This document shows, in pieces, positions 10,332 to 21,197 of a stretch of 64,000 bases of DNA; position 1 is the stretch's first letter, and every line of letters starts with the position of its first letter. The DNA is from Bacteroidales bacterium (GTDB lineage Bacteria; Bacteroidota; Bacteroidia; Bacteroidales; UBA7960), in the NCBI GenBank assembly GCA_007129255.1, contig SKVW01000059.1, positions 2,204 to 66,203 on the forward strand. The letters are read 5' to 3'. The notes under the pieces were generated by a model that ran no database searches, was not told the origin of the DNA, and saw nothing but the letters and a program-made list of their open reading frames with translations. A program made the position numbers and the translations under genes.

Positions 10332-10383
10332 TCAAAAAGAGCTAAAAAAGGTCATATCTCCGAACGGTTCCTTTGAATGTTAA

Positions 10384-10428
10384 AACAGCAAAGCCCGCCA
10401 TCGATTTCAGATAGCGGGCTTTGCTGTT
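10384..10428. terminator. Bidirectional intrinsic terminator between convergent nrfA and the Na/Pi transporter gene
   Basis: A perfect 15-bp stem, aacagcaaagcccgc (10384-10398) pairing with gcgggctttgctgtt (10414-10428). It is flanked by A-rich sequence on one side and T-rich sequence on the other. Confidence 0.8.
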
Positions 10429-10471
10429 ATTTTAAGCCTTCCCGAATTTCCTTTGTTTAAGGCCGCTCAGC

Positions 10472-12172
10472 TTATTCTACATTGACTCCTGCAATGGCCT
10501 CGTTGATATTGTAAATGGTATCCCCGATCTTCTCGCAGGAAGTTATGATTTTGTTAAAATAAAAGGCACTTTTTACCTGGGAAACCCCCTTTTCAATATC
10601 GTCAATAACAGACTCCCGGATATTATCGCGAAATTCATTGATCTTCTTCTCTAATTCGGTGGCTTCCGGAAGTTTCTTACGGGCTTCAAGTTCACTTTTC
10701 TGAAGGTTTTCCAGCATCAACTCAAAGGCAGCATTTACCAACTTAAACATTTCAAAAAGTTCGCTTCGCTGCACCGGTGTGAAATAGACTTTTTCCTTTT
10801 TCTTTTTGCTCAGGATGGTGGACATTTTAAAACATACATCCCCAATTTTTTCCACTTCCGAGCACACCAGGCGCATCCGCCTTAATTCTTCCGAGGCATG
10901 GCTACTGAGCTGTCTGCGCGATATTTTGATCAGGAAGGTGGTGATCTCCACCTCTACCCTGTCGGTAATTTCCTCGTATTTACTAACCTTTTCCAGCAGT
11001 TCTTTGAATTCTTTCTTGTCGGTCTCAACGATCATGGCCGGAATAAAATTAAACATGCGCTGGGACAATTCACAGAACTTTTTGGTTTCTTTTCTGGCCT
11101 GGTAAACCGACAACTCTGCCATATGCAGAAAACCGCTGCTGAAATACTCCAGTTGGGGCCGCTCAAATTTTTTACCCCGGGAGGGCATAATCATATCCAC
11201 CAGTTTTACCATGTATTTTATGAAACCAATAAGTAGAGCAGTATTCAGAATATTAAAGGTGGTATGGAAGATGGAAAGGCCCACCGGCACCATTGTAGGG
11301 TTTTCATGTGGAGATCCCAGCCCGGATATTGTCATGTAATGATCAATGCCCTGGATAAAAAACCGGAAAAAGATCAGCATCCAGATCACCCCAAGAATAT
11401 TAAAAATGGTATGGGCCAGAGCGGTTCGTTTGGCATAAACGTTGCCCACCAAGGCGGCAAGGTTGGCGGTAACGGTTGTCCCGATATTTTCTCCAAGTAC
11501 CATAGCGGCACCGTGTTCAAAGCCAATCCAGCCATTGTTGGTCATGACCAGTACCAAAGCCATGGTGGCACTGGAAGATTGCAACACGATGGTCAGCAGG
11601 GTCCCCAGGCCAAGGAAAAGAAAGGTACTGTAAATTCCATGATCGGTGAGGCTTTGCAATGCCTCAAACATCCCTGGGTTATGATGCAAATCGGGAACGG
11701 AAGTTTGTAAAAAATCAAGTCCAAGAAATAAGAGTGCAAAGCCAAGGAAAGTTTCGCCCAATGAATTCAGCCGCTCGCGCGACTGCATCAGCAATGGGAA
11801 GCTAATGGCAATCAGAGGAAGCGACAGGGCAGAAATTTTTAATTTAAAGCCTAAAAGGGAAATCAACCAGGCTGTGGTAGTGGTACCGATATTGGCCCCC
11901 ATGATCACCCCGATAGATTGCACCAGGGAAAGCAGCCCGGCATTCACAAAACTTACTACCATCACCGTTGAGGCAGAAGAAGATTGTACCAGGGTAGTGA
12001 GTAAAAACCCGGTTAAAACCCCCATGAACCGGTTGGAGGTCATGGCGCTCAGAATGGAGCGCATTTTATCGCCGGCAAGCTTCTGGATCCCTTCGCTCAT
12101 GGTCTTCATCCCAAAAAGGAATAAACTCAATGAGCCAAAAAGGGTGAGGAAATCAAAAAGACTAAAACTCAT
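10472..12172 (-). CDS. Na+/phosphate cotransporter family protein with C-terminal PhoU-like domain
   Basis: Duplicated Na/Pi-cotransporter membrane repeats (GANIGTTTTAW and GENIGTTVTAN), followed by a helical PhoU-like C-terminal region. Confidence 0.9.
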   Translation of the reverse strand: MSFSLFDFLTLFGSLSLFLFGMKTMSEGIQKLAGDKMRSILSAMTSNRFMGVLTGFLLTTLVQSSSASTVMVVSFVNAGLLSLVQSIGVIMGANIGTTTTAWLISLLGFKLKISALSLPLIAISFPLLMQSRERLNSLGETFLGFALLFLGLDFLQTSVPDLHHNPGMFEALQSLTDHGIYSTFLFLGLGTLLTIVLQSSSATMALVLVMTNNGWIGFEHGAAMVLGENIGTTVTANLAALVGNVYAKRTALAHTIFNILGVIWMLIFFRFFIQGIDHYMTISGLGSPHENPTMVPVGLSIFHTTFNILNTALLIGFIKYMVKLVDMIMPSRGKKFERPQLEYFSSGFLHMAELSVYQARKETKKFCELSQRMFNFIPAMIVETDKKEFKELLEKVSKYEEITDRVEVEITTFLIKISRRQLSSHASEELRRMRLVCSEVEKIGDVCFKMSTILSKKKKEKVYFTPVQRSELFEMFKLVNAAFELMLENLQKSELEARKKLPEATELEKKINEFRDNIRESVIDDIEKGVSQVKSAFYFNKIITSCEKIGDTIYNINEAIAGVNVE

Positions 12173-12275
12173 TCCTTGGGAGCTTTATAGTTTGGAAAGC
12201 AAAAATAATCAAATCCTTTAAACCTGATTATCGGTTAACATAAACTTAACACAGGCCTTTCTATTAAGTAATTGT

Positions 12276-12283
12276 TAAATTTG
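12276..12283 (+). promoter_or_regulatory. Candidate -7 box TAAATTTG
   Basis: Matches TAnnTTTG and ends 18 nt upstream of the ATG at 12301. Confidence 0.4.
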
Positions 12284-12300
12284 TTCATTGCAAACAGGAA

Positions 12301-12867
12301 ATGACTGTGAGAACCTTTATATTATCAATTTTGGGGGGCACATGCTTCTTCTTACTTAATTTACAAGATCTGAAAGCAGGAAAAATTTTATCCGAAACGG
12401 AGGGCATTGCATGGGGAATCCAGCTAAATAACTCTCTGTCCTATACCGGATTTTCCAATGCCCTGGTGGTTGCGGCCCAAAAAAACAACCTTCAATGGTA
12501 CGGGGGGCCAAGGTTGCTCACTTCCGATTCATACGTTCCCACCAAGGGTCCATGGGGCCTCAACACCGGCCTGACATGGTTTTTTCAGGGAAACGAAAAG
12601 CTGCGTGCTTTGGTTAACCTGGACTATCAGCTGGCTTTGCTTAAACCCTACAATCCTCATAATTTACCGGAAAGAGGACTGAACACCACCCATGAATTCA
12701 ATCTTTCTTACGGTTTCACCTATTATTTTCTGCAAAATATTGGAATAGGCAATAGTATTGGTTTTGGGCAATACCTGGAGCGGTTTCATGACCTGCAGGA
12801 GGATATAATCCGCACCTATTCGGGGTATAGTGGCCTGATCAGGATACATATTCATTATTCCTTTTAA
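12301..12867 (+). CDS. Small hypothetical outer-membrane beta-barrel-like protein
   Basis: 188 aa with a hydrophobic N-terminus. It shows alternating aromatic/polar beta-strand pattern, is Gly/Tyr rich, and ends in a C-terminal Phe (HIHYSF). Confidence 0.6.
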   Translation: MTVRTFILSILGGTCFFLLNLQDLKAGKILSETEGIAWGIQLNNSLSYTGFSNALVVAAQKNNLQWYGGPRLLTSDSYVPTKGPWGLNTGLTWFFQGNEKLRALVNLDYQLALLKPYNPHNLPERGLNTTHEFNLSYGFTYYFLQNIGIGNSIGFGQYLERFHDLQEDIIRTYSGYSGLIRIHIHYSF

Positions 12868-12907
12868 ATACAGGTAAAGCGAACCAAAATCCTAAAATAA
12901 CCCAAAG

Positions 12908-13795
12908 ATGAGCAAGAAAAAAATCCATAAGAAGTCAGTTATCCTAAGGATTTTGCCTTTGCTTTTTTTGTGGTTTTTATCTTGTGAGAAAATTGAGCCT
13001 CATAAAATAAAAAACCTCAATGGTAACCACATCGGAGTTATAGGGCATGGCGGAATGGGTTTTCAGTCTTTTTCCAACCAGCTTCCGCATAATTCATTCA
13101 GCAGCGTGGTTCAAACCATTGAAAAGCTCAATGCCGACGGCGTGGAAGTGGATGTACAGCTGAGCCGGGACGGAGTGCTGATGCTGTATCACAGTGAGTT
13201 GCTGGAATCTTTAACCGATTGCTTTTCCTGCGTGCATGAAAGCTATGCTAAAGATCTGCTTAAGTGTCGCTACCGAAATGATTTCTATGCCAATGTTTTT
13301 ACGAATGAAAAAATCATTTCCCTGGAGAAAGTGGTCAACCGTTTTTCTCAGCGAACAATAAAGCCATTGCTGTTTCTGGATCTGAAAACTTTTCTGCCCT
13401 GTGAAACGGAACTAACCTATGAAGAATACCACCAAAGCATTGTAAATTCCCTTTTGGAATTAATTGAGCAATACCAAGGAGAAGATTGGATTTTTGTAGA
13501 ATCCTGGGATATCGGATTGTTGAAAATGCTTCAGGTCAAAAATCCCTCCATTAAACTCAAAATCAGCAACGGAGAACCAGAATCCATTTACCAGGCCCGC
13601 GAACATGGGTTTTATGGAGTGGTAATGGAATACCAAAATATCACCCGCGAAGAGGTTGGGCTGGCACACAGCATGGGGGTAAGGGTAAGCCTTTATAGTC
13701 CCAAATCAAGAAGGGGCATACGAAAAGCCATTCAAAAAAACCCGGACTATATTCAAACCGACAATGTAACCCTTTTGCAGCAATTCCTGGATTAA
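12908..13795 (+). CDS. Glycerophosphodiester phosphodiesterase (GDPD)-family lipoprotein
   Basis: Signal peptide with Cys (LLFLWFLSC). GDPD-like N-terminal motif IGHGGMG...NS, then ADGVEVDVQLSRDGVLMLYH. Confidence 0.75.
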   Translation: MSKKKIHKKSVILRILPLLFLWFLSCEKIEPHKIKNLNGNHIGVIGHGGMGFQSFSNQLPHNSFSSVVQTIEKLNADGVEVDVQLSRDGVLMLYHSELLESLTDCFSCVHESYAKDLLKCRYRNDFYANVFTNEKIISLEKVVNRFSQRTIKPLLFLDLKTFLPCETELTYEEYHQSIVNSLLELIEQYQGEDWIFVESWDIGLLKMLQVKNPSIKLKISNGEPESIYQAREHGFYGVVMEYQNITREEVGLAHSMGVRVSLYSPKSRRGIRKAIQKNPDYIQTDNVTLLQQFLD

Positions 13796-15075
13796 TATAT
13801 CACCACTTTTTGGGAAACCAGGGATTTATTTCCAACTTGTATCCTAAGAATATAAACCCCGGAAGGCAAACCGGAAACATCCACGGAAAAATGGTTACCA
13901 GAAGAGTGAAGGATTTTTTCCCGGCTCAGTACTTTTTTTCCTAATGTAGAAACAATTTCAATTATTGCATTCCCGGCCATAACATCGTTTAATGTGATTT
14001 CCAGTTTATCCTTTACCGGATTTATAATCCGAAGCTCCGGGCCAGAGGAAGGAATATGCACGTCCGTGTCAAGGATCTCCCGTGTTGCCATTTTAAGTTT
14101 TACCGGCAAATGATCCGACATATCGTAAAGAGCCTGGATCACCTCCTCCGGTTCACTATAATTGGGTGGATCTATCAGTGACTGATTAAAGCGGTTTCCA
14201 TCCTGACCAATGGTTTCATAGGATCCTTCAATAAACTCCAATCCGCGGGTGCCTTCCATCATTTCACGCGTTACCAGGATCTGGTCATACCGATCATCCA
14301 ACCCTCCGGTAACAAAGCAGGGATGGGTGCCCGTGCGCGGACTCTGGGTATGGTAAGGCGCCATGTCAGGGATGTTCCACCATACCCCCGGTTTATCAAT
14401 GGGATCAACAAAGCGTATGGACTCATCTGGATGGTAAGTAAGTAACTGGTAAGCCTGTTCAAACGAAGAATTCATATTAAAGTCAGCACCAAATATAACA
14501 TTCCCCCTGATCCCGCTTTGGGCGATATAGCCCATGACAGCCTGGGCTTCGGCAGTCCGCGTTTGCTGATCCTGCGATGAGCTCCCGGCTTTGAAGTGAG
14601 CCACGATAAAAGAAACAAAGGTGGTATCGGCACCATTTTCCAATTCCGGGTCTTTATAATAAAGCGTATATAGATTTATATCGCGAACAATACTGGTTAT
14701 GACAGCCTCATCGTACAAAGCAAACAGTTCGTTGTTGTAATACAACATATTTAAAAGGTTAGAGTTTGCATGGTTGGTATAGGCGGCCCGACTATACTTC
14801 CCCTCATTTTCTACATTTAGAACATTATCCAGAATTCGATCGGCATTGTGCTCTCCCCGGCCCAGTTCGTTTACCGTAAAAATATCCGGGCGGGTATGGT
14901 CAATAATGGTTTTCAGATAGCCGTCTTTCAGATCCGCATTGTTGTTTTGTTGGGTACAAAAAGAGGTATAATGACCATAAAACAGAAGGTTGTAATGCAC
15001 AACGGCAATGGTATCTCCGGCAAAAGAAAGGTTTCCCAGCCAAAGCAAAATTAAAACCAGAATTATTTTTTTCAT
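13792..15075 (-). CDS. Endonuclease/exonuclease/phosphatase (EEP)-family exoprotein with T9SS C-terminal sorting domain
   Basis: Signal peptide, an EEP-like body (VVHYNLL..., FTVNEL, DHLPV), and a C-terminal ~80-aa Por-secretion-tail pattern (…GVYILRIQVGNKSLVSQKVVIY). Confidence 0.8.
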   Translation of the reverse strand: MKKIILVLILLWLGNLSFAGDTIAVVHYNLLFYGHYTSFCTQQNNNADLKDGYLKTIIDHTRPDIFTVNELGRGEHNADRILDNVLNVENEGKYSRAAYTNHANSNLLNMLYYNNELFALYDEAVITSIVRDINLYTLYYKDPELENGADTTFVSFIVAHFKAGSSSQDQQTRTAEAQAVMGYIAQSGIRGNVIFGADFNMNSSFEQAYQLLTYHPDESIRFVDPIDKPGVWWNIPDMAPYHTQSPRTGTHPCFVTGGLDDRYDQILVTREMMEGTRGLEFIEGSYETIGQDGNRFNQSLIDPPNYSEPEEVIQALYDMSDHLPVKLKMATREILDTDVHIPSSGPELRIINPVKDKLEITLNDVMAGNAIIEIVSTLGKKVLSREKILHSSGNHFSVDVSGLPSGVYILRIQVGNKSLVSQKVVIY

Positions 15076-15100
15076 TGAGTAAAAAAAGTTGGATAAGATT

Positions 15101-15126
15101 AAAAAGGGGGCAAAAGCCCCCTTTTT
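15101..15126 (-). terminator. Intrinsic terminator after eno
   Basis: Sequence is aaaaagggggc-aaaa-gcccccttttt. It forms a GC stem with a U-tract on either strand, 26 nt after the eno stop. Confidence 0.8.
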
Positions 15127-15151
15127 AATCTTTCTTAGAAAGTTTTTGAAT

Positions 15152-16483
<1,332 letters not shown>

Positions 16484-16506
16484 TTATAAAGATACCACTT
16501 TAAAAT

Positions 16507-16548
16507 AAAAAAAGGATAAAGCTAACAATTGAACTTTATCCTTTTTTT
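16507..16548 (-). terminator. Intrinsic terminator of the alpha operon (after rplQ)
   Basis: ggataaag (16514-16521) pairs with ctttatcc (16534-16541), extended by A7/T7 flanks. A U-tract follows on the minus strand. Confidence 0.8.
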
Positions 16549-16567
16549 ATAAAAGACGCTTTTTCTG

Positions 16568-17452
16568 CTATTTCTCTTCCTTATCGGTTTGGTCCTTATC
16601 CTTTGGTTCCTTTTTATCTTCTGCCTTTTTCTCAGTTTTGGGTTCCTCTTTTTTGGAATCCTCCTGTTTAGCGGTTTCCTTTTTGGGTTCCTCTTTTTTC
16701 TCCGCTTCAGGGGCTGCTTTTTCTGTCTTATCTTCTTTTTCTGCTTTCTTTTCTTCTTTCCCGGCTGCTTTGGGAGCTTCTTTTTCAGGCTTTTCTTCTT
16801 TTTCTGCTTTCGGGGTTTCCGCCGCTTTTTCCGCCTTAGGTTCTTCCTTTTTTTCTGCTTTTACTTCGGATTTCTTTTCAGCTTTAGGCGCTTCTTTTAC
16901 AGGCTCTTCAGCTTTTTTGGCAGATTTCTCAGCTTCTGGTGTTGGCTTTTCAGCCGGGGTTTCTGCTTTTGTTTCCTCCTTTGCAGCTGCTGAAGGGGTT
17001 GTGGCAGGAGCTTCGGCAGTAGCTTTTTTACTGCGGCGTCCTCTCCTTCTGGTGCGTTTCTGCTGGGTTTCTTCTTCGGTTTTCAGCATGTTGGTATTGT
17101 AGTCTACCAACTCTATAAAACACATTTCAGCAGCATCACCTTTACGGAAACCGGTTTTTAAAATGCGGGTATAACCTCCCGCCCTTTCGGCGACCTTTTG
17201 AGCCACTTCCCGAAACAATTCGCTAACGGCATCTTTATCTTTCAGGTAGCTGAAAACCACCCTGCGCGAGTGGGTAGAGTCATCTTTTGATTTGGTGATC
17301 AAAGGCTCAACATATACTCGAAGCGCTTTGGCCTTGGCAACGGTTGTATTGATGCGTTTATGGAGGATAAGGGCATTGGCCATGCTTGAAAGGGTTTCCT
17401 TTCGGTGGGCAGCCTTTCTCCCCAGATGGTTGAATTTCTTTCTATGTCTCAT
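16568..17452 (-). CDS. rplQ: 50S ribosomal protein L17 with long K/E/A/P-rich C-terminal extension
   Basis: L17 core ([18 protein letters not shown]...GGYTRILK...CFIELVDY) followed in frame by about 170 aa of low-complexity AEK/KEE/PKA sequence. Confidence 0.95.
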   Translation of the reverse strand: MRHRKKFNHLGRKAAHRKETLSSMANALILHKRINTTVAKAKALRVYVEPLITKSKDDSTHSRRVVFSYLKDKDAVSELFREVAQKVAERAGGYTRILKTGFRKGDAAEMCFIELVDYNTNMLKTEEETQQKRTRRRGRRSKKATAEAPATTPSAAAKEETKAETPAEKPTPEAEKSAKKAEEPVKEAPKAEKKSEVKAEKKEEPKAEKAAETPKAEKEEKPEKEAPKAAGKEEKKAEKEDKTEKAAPEAEKKEEPKKETAKQEDSKKEEPKTEKKAEDKKEPKDKDQTDKEEK

Positions 17453-17457
17453 TTCAA

Positions 17458-18450
17458 TTAATCCTTATCTAATTTATATTTCGAAAGGTTCATTCCAAAG
17501 CTGAGGTTTTTGGATTTGATCAGCTCTTCCAATTCGGTCAGGGATTTTTTTCCGAAATTCCTGAACTTCAACAGATCATGCTTATTCAGGGATACCAGGT
17601 CAGCCAGGGTTTCCACATCGGCGGCTTTCAGGCAATTCAGCGCCCTGACAGACAAATCAAGGTCTACCAGTTTGGTTTTTAAAAGCTGGCGCATATGCAA
17701 AGAAGTTTCGTCAAATTCTTCACTGGCGGCTTTTTCTTCGGTATCAATGGTTATTTTCTCATCAGAGAAAAGCATGAAATGAACAATAAGTATCCTGGCT
17801 GCCTCTTTCAAAGCTTCCTTAGGTGCAATGGAGCCGTCAGTTAAAATTTCAAGAACCAGTTTTTCATAGTCGGTCTTTTGCTCCACACGGTAATTCTCCA
17901 CCTCGAATTTAACATTCTTAATGGGTGTAAATATGGAGTCTACAGCTACCTCACCAATAATAGGATTGAGTCCTTTGTTTTCTTCGGCAGGAACATATCC
18001 CCGTCCTTTTTCAAGGGAAAATTCTATATTGAGGGTTACTGATGGTTCCATGTTGCAGATGACCAACTCGGGGTTAAGCACCTGAAAGTTAGATAAAGCG
18101 TTGTTCAGGTCTCCTGCGGTGAGTTGTTCCTGCCCCGAAATATTGATGGAAAATTTTTCACTTTCCACCTCATCTACCTGTCTTTTAAAGCGTACCTGCT
18201 TCAGGTTAAGGATAATTTCGGTCACATCTTCCACAACACCTTTGATGGTGGAAAACTCATGTTCAACTCCTTCAATCCTGATAGAAGTAATGGCAAATCC
18301 TTCCAGTGATGATAGCAGAATCCTTCTGAGTGCATTGCCAATGGTAATACCATAACCTGGTTCCAACGGCCGGAATTCAAATTTCCCGAAGCGGTCGTCG
18401 GATTCAAGCATGATAACTTTATCCGGTTTTTGAAAAGCTAATATTGCCAT
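17458..18450 (-). CDS. rpoA: DNA-directed RNA polymerase subunit alpha
   Basis: 330 aa. N-terminus FQKPDKV...[20 protein letters not shown]; C-terminal domain [13 protein letters not shown]. Position in the alpha operon supports the call. Confidence 0.97.
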   Translation of the reverse strand: MAILAFQKPDKVIMLESDDRFGKFEFRPLEPGYGITIGNALRRILLSSLEGFAITSIRIEGVEHEFSTIKGVVEDVTEIILNLKQVRFKRQVDEVESEKFSINISGQEQLTAGDLNNALSNFQVLNPELVICNMEPSVTLNIEFSLEKGRGYVPAEENKGLNPIIGEVAVDSIFTPIKNVKFEVENYRVEQKTDYEKLVLEILTDGSIAPKEALKEAARILIVHFMLFSDEKITIDTEEKAASEEFDETSLHMRQLLKTKLVDLDLSVRALNCLKAADVETLADLVSLNKHDLLKFRNFGKKSLTELEELIKSKNLSFGMNLSKYKLDKD

Positions 18451-18486
18451 TATGTTTGGTTTTTGAATGAAAAAAGATAATGAACA

Positions 18487-19092
18487 CTATTTGGAGTAAA
18501 GCTCCACGATAAGTTGTTCTTTAATGGTTTCGGGGATGGCTTCCCTTTCGGGGAAATTCAAAAATTTTCCTTTGAGTTTTTCCTGATCCCATTCCAGCCA
18601 GGTATAAGCGCTGGAGCGTGAAGCCAGGGAATCTGTGATCATCTCAAGGCTTTTGGATTTTTCACGAACCCCGATAATATCACCTGGGTTTACAGTATAA
18701 GAGGGAATATTAACCACCGTGTCGTTGACAGTAATATGGCGGTGGCCGACCAGTTGGCGGGCTGCACGCCTTGTGGGGGCAATGCCAAGCCTGAATACCA
18801 CATTGTCAAGTCGGGCCTCCAGAAGCTGAAGCAGGATCTCACCGGTAATCCCTTTTTTCTTTACTGCTTTTTTAAAGGTGTTGGAAAACTGTTTCTCAAG
18901 CAAGCCGTAGGTATATTTTGCTTTTTGTTTTTCCAGCAACTGTACCCCGTATTCAGACATCTTGCGTCTTTTCTTTACCTGCCCGTGTTGTCCCGGCGGG
19001 TATTTTTTCTTCTCAAATGCTTTATCTGCACCGAAAATAGGTTCTCCAAATTTTCGGGCAATTTTGGTTGTTGGACCTAAATATCTAGCCAT
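18487..19092 (-). CDS. rpsD: 30S ribosomal protein S4
   Basis: [21 protein letters not shown]..., with an S4 RNA-binding domain. Operon position supports the call. Confidence 0.97.
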   Translation of the reverse strand: MARYLGPTTKIARKFGEPIFGADKAFEKKKYPPGQHGQVKKRRKMSEYGVQLLEKQKAKYTYGLLEKQFSNTFKKAVKKKGITGEILLQLLEARLDNVVFRLGIAPTRRAARQLVGHRHITVNDTVVNIPSYTVNPGDIIGVREKSKSLEMITDSLASRSSAYTWLEWDQEKLKGKFLNFPEREAIPETIKEQLIVELYSK

Positions 19093-19140
19093 ATTTTCTT
19101 TTACTTCTTAAATTACAAACATTAATCTCACAACTGCAAA

Positions 19141-19539
19141 TTACACCCTTCTTCTTTTGGGAGGGCGACACCCATTGTGCGGTAAGGGCGTAACGTCAAT
19201 GATTTCAGCTACCTCCAGCCCGGCTGAATGCAGGGTGCGTATAGCGGACTCTCTCCCGGATCCGGGGCCTTTTACATAAACTTTAATTTTGCGCAGGCCC
19301 AGATCATAAGCTACTTTAGCGGCATCACCCGCAGCCATTTGCCCGGCATAAGGGGTATTTTTTTTGGATCCCCTAAATCCCATTTTCCCGGCCGAAGACC
19401 ATGAAACTACCTGGCCATTCTGGTTGGTAAGGGTAACGATAATGTTGTTAAAAGAGGCAAAGATATGCGCTTGTCCCAAGCTGTCTACCTTTACCAATCT
19501 TTTTTTGGTGCTCCTGGCACCTTTGGTTGTTTTTGCCAT
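19141..19539 (-). CDS. rpsK: 30S ribosomal protein S11
   Basis: [18 protein letters not shown]...[13 protein letters not shown]. Confidence 0.97.
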   Translation of the reverse strand: MAKTTKGARSTKKRLVKVDSLGQAHIFASFNNIIVTLTNQNGQVVSWSSAGKMGFRGSKKNTPYAGQMAAGDAAKVAYDLGLRKIKVYVKGPGSGRESAIRTLHSAGLEVAEIIDVTPLPHNGCRPPKRRRV

Positions 19540-19603
19540 AGTTTAAAACTGTTTTTCCTCTGATCAAGGGGTGATCAACTCACCCGCTTCAAAATTTCAA
19601 TGA

Positions 19604-19981
19604 TTACTTGGTTGCTTTTTTCTTGTTAGCAACAGTTTTCTTTTTACCCTTGCGGGTACGGGCATTATTTTTGGTTTTCTGACCACGCAGCGGAAGCCCG
19701 ATACGATGGCGAATACCACGATAACAGCCAATGTCCATCAACCTTTTGATGTTCATTTGTACTTCCGAGCGAAGTCCGCCCTCCACCTTATATTTTTCAT
19801 TGATCAGGTTACGAACCGTTGTTAATTGTTGGTCGTCCCAGTCTTCAACTTTCAGTTGAGGGTCTATACCTGCTTCCTTAACAATTTCGCGCCCGGTACT
19901 TCTCCCTATGCCAAAAATATAGGTCAGGCTGATCTCGCCTATTTTGTTTCTCGGAATATCTACTCCAGCTATACGTGCCAT
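19604..19981 (-). CDS. rpsM: 30S ribosomal protein S13
   Basis: [13 protein letters not shown]...[21 protein letters not shown]. Confidence 0.97.
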   Translation of the reverse strand: MARIAGVDIPRNKIGEISLTYIFGIGRSTGREIVKEAGIDPQLKVEDWDDQQLTTVRNLINEKYKVEGGLRSEVQMNIKRLMDIGCYRGIRHRIGLPLRGQKTKNNARTRKGKKKTVANKKKATK

Positions 19982-20010
19982 ATGCTAATGATTTGTAAAA
20001 TTTTCAGTTT

Positions 20011-20127
20011 TTATCCCTGACGTTGTTTAAACTTAGGGTTTTTCTTGTTGATAACGTAAACTTTGCCTTTCCTGCGTACAATCTTGCACTCGGAACTTCT
20101 CTTTTTAACAGACACTCTGACTTTCAT
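20011..20127 (-). CDS. rpmJ: 50S ribosomal protein L36 (not in the ORF track; found by reading)
   Basis: The minus strand translates to [38 protein letters not shown] followed by a stop (38 aa). It sits between infA and rpsM as expected. Confidence 0.93.
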   Translation of the reverse strand: MKVRVSVKKRSSECKIVRRKGKVYVINKKNPKFKQRQG

Positions 20128-20155
20128 TTTTCAGTATTTTGTTGCGTGTTCAAAA

Positions 20156-20374
20156 CTATTTGTACCTAAAAGTAATTCGGCCTTTGGTCAGGTCATAAGG
20201 CGACATCTCAACCTTTACTTTATCTCCCGGGAGAATTTTGATATAATGCATGCGCATTTTTCCTGAAATATGGGCTGTAATAATGTGCCCATTCTCCAAC
20301 TCAACGCGAAACATAGCGTTTCCCAATGATTCAATAACGGTTCCGTCCTGTTGTATTGATGGTTGTTTTGCCAT
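20156..20374 (-). CDS. infA: Translation initiation factor IF-1
   Basis: 72-aa S1-like fold with sequence [20 protein letters not shown]...GKMR...ILPGDKV. Confidence 0.97.
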   Translation of the reverse strand: MAKQPSIQQDGTVIESLGNAMFRVELENGHIITAHISGKMRMHYIKILPGDKVKVEMSPYDLTKGRITFRYK

Positions 20375-20382
20375 ATGATTTG

Positions 20383-21183
20383 TTACCGAATGATGACTGA
20401 ATTATTTTCGTTTTTCATTAAAGCTTCTTCAATGTAATCAAACGTTGACAACACATCGGCTTTCTCCTTTCCTATCGCAATGTCGTGCTCAAAATGAGCA
20501 GACGGTTTACGGTCGGCCGTGCGAATGGTCCATCCGTCTTTTTCCTGCACCACAAACCGTTGTCCTAAATTGATCATAGGCTCCAGGGCAATCACCAGGC
20601 CTTCCTTAAGCTTCAAGCCTTTCCCTTTTTTCCCGAAATTGGGGACTTCAGGGGGTTCATGCAGCTGCTTTCCAAGGCCATGCCCAACCAGTTCTCTCAC
20701 AACAGAAAAACCTGCTTTCTCGGCATGCTCCTGAATGGTGCCGGAAATATCCCCCAGTGTGTTGCCTCCCACTGCCTGCTCAATTCCGAGCTGAAGGCAT
20801 TGATAGGTAACTTTTAACAGCCGCCTGACGGGATTGCTGATTTCTCCAACTGCAAAGGTGTAGGCCGAATCTCCATAATAACCGTTTTTTAATACTCCGC
20901 AATCAATGGAAATAATGTCTCCTTCTTTCAACTCCTCTTCTGAAGGGAAACCATGCACCACCACTTCATTGGGTGAGATGCACAGGGTGTAAGGGAAGCC
21001 ATGATATCCCTTAAACCCGGGAACGGCCCCATGATCGCGAATAAAGGTTTCGGCCAACTGGTCTAAATAGCTTGTGGTAATCCCCGGGCGAATCTGCCCG
21101 GCTACCTCTGCCAGCGTTTTTGCAACAAGCAAAGAACTTTCTCTGATTAATTCAATTTCTTCCCTGGATCTGTATTGTATCAT
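20383..21183 (-). CDS. map: Type I methionine aminopeptidase
   Basis: Metal-ligand context DIISIDCG...[14 protein letters not shown], and ALEPMIN...EHDI. Confidence 0.95.
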   Translation of the reverse strand: MIQYRSREEIELIRESSLLVAKTLAEVAGQIRPGITTSYLDQLAETFIRDHGAVPGFKGYHGFPYTLCISPNEVVVHGFPSEEELKEGDIISIDCGVLKNGYYGDSAYTFAVGEISNPVRRLLKVTYQCLQLGIEQAVGGNTLGDISGTIQEHAEKAGFSVVRELVGHGLGKQLHEPPEVPNFGKKGKGLKLKEGLVIALEPMINLGQRFVVQEKDGWTIRTADRKPSAHFEHDIAIGKEKADVLSTFDYIEEALMKNENNSVIIR

Positions 21184-21197
21184 ATTGCAGTAGCAAT

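Noticed and set aside
16589-17102. Two + strand ORFs (134 and 154 aa), F/L/S/C-rich
   Set aside because: They are antisense translations of the K/E/A repeat tract of the L17 tail, i.e. low-complexity artefacts.
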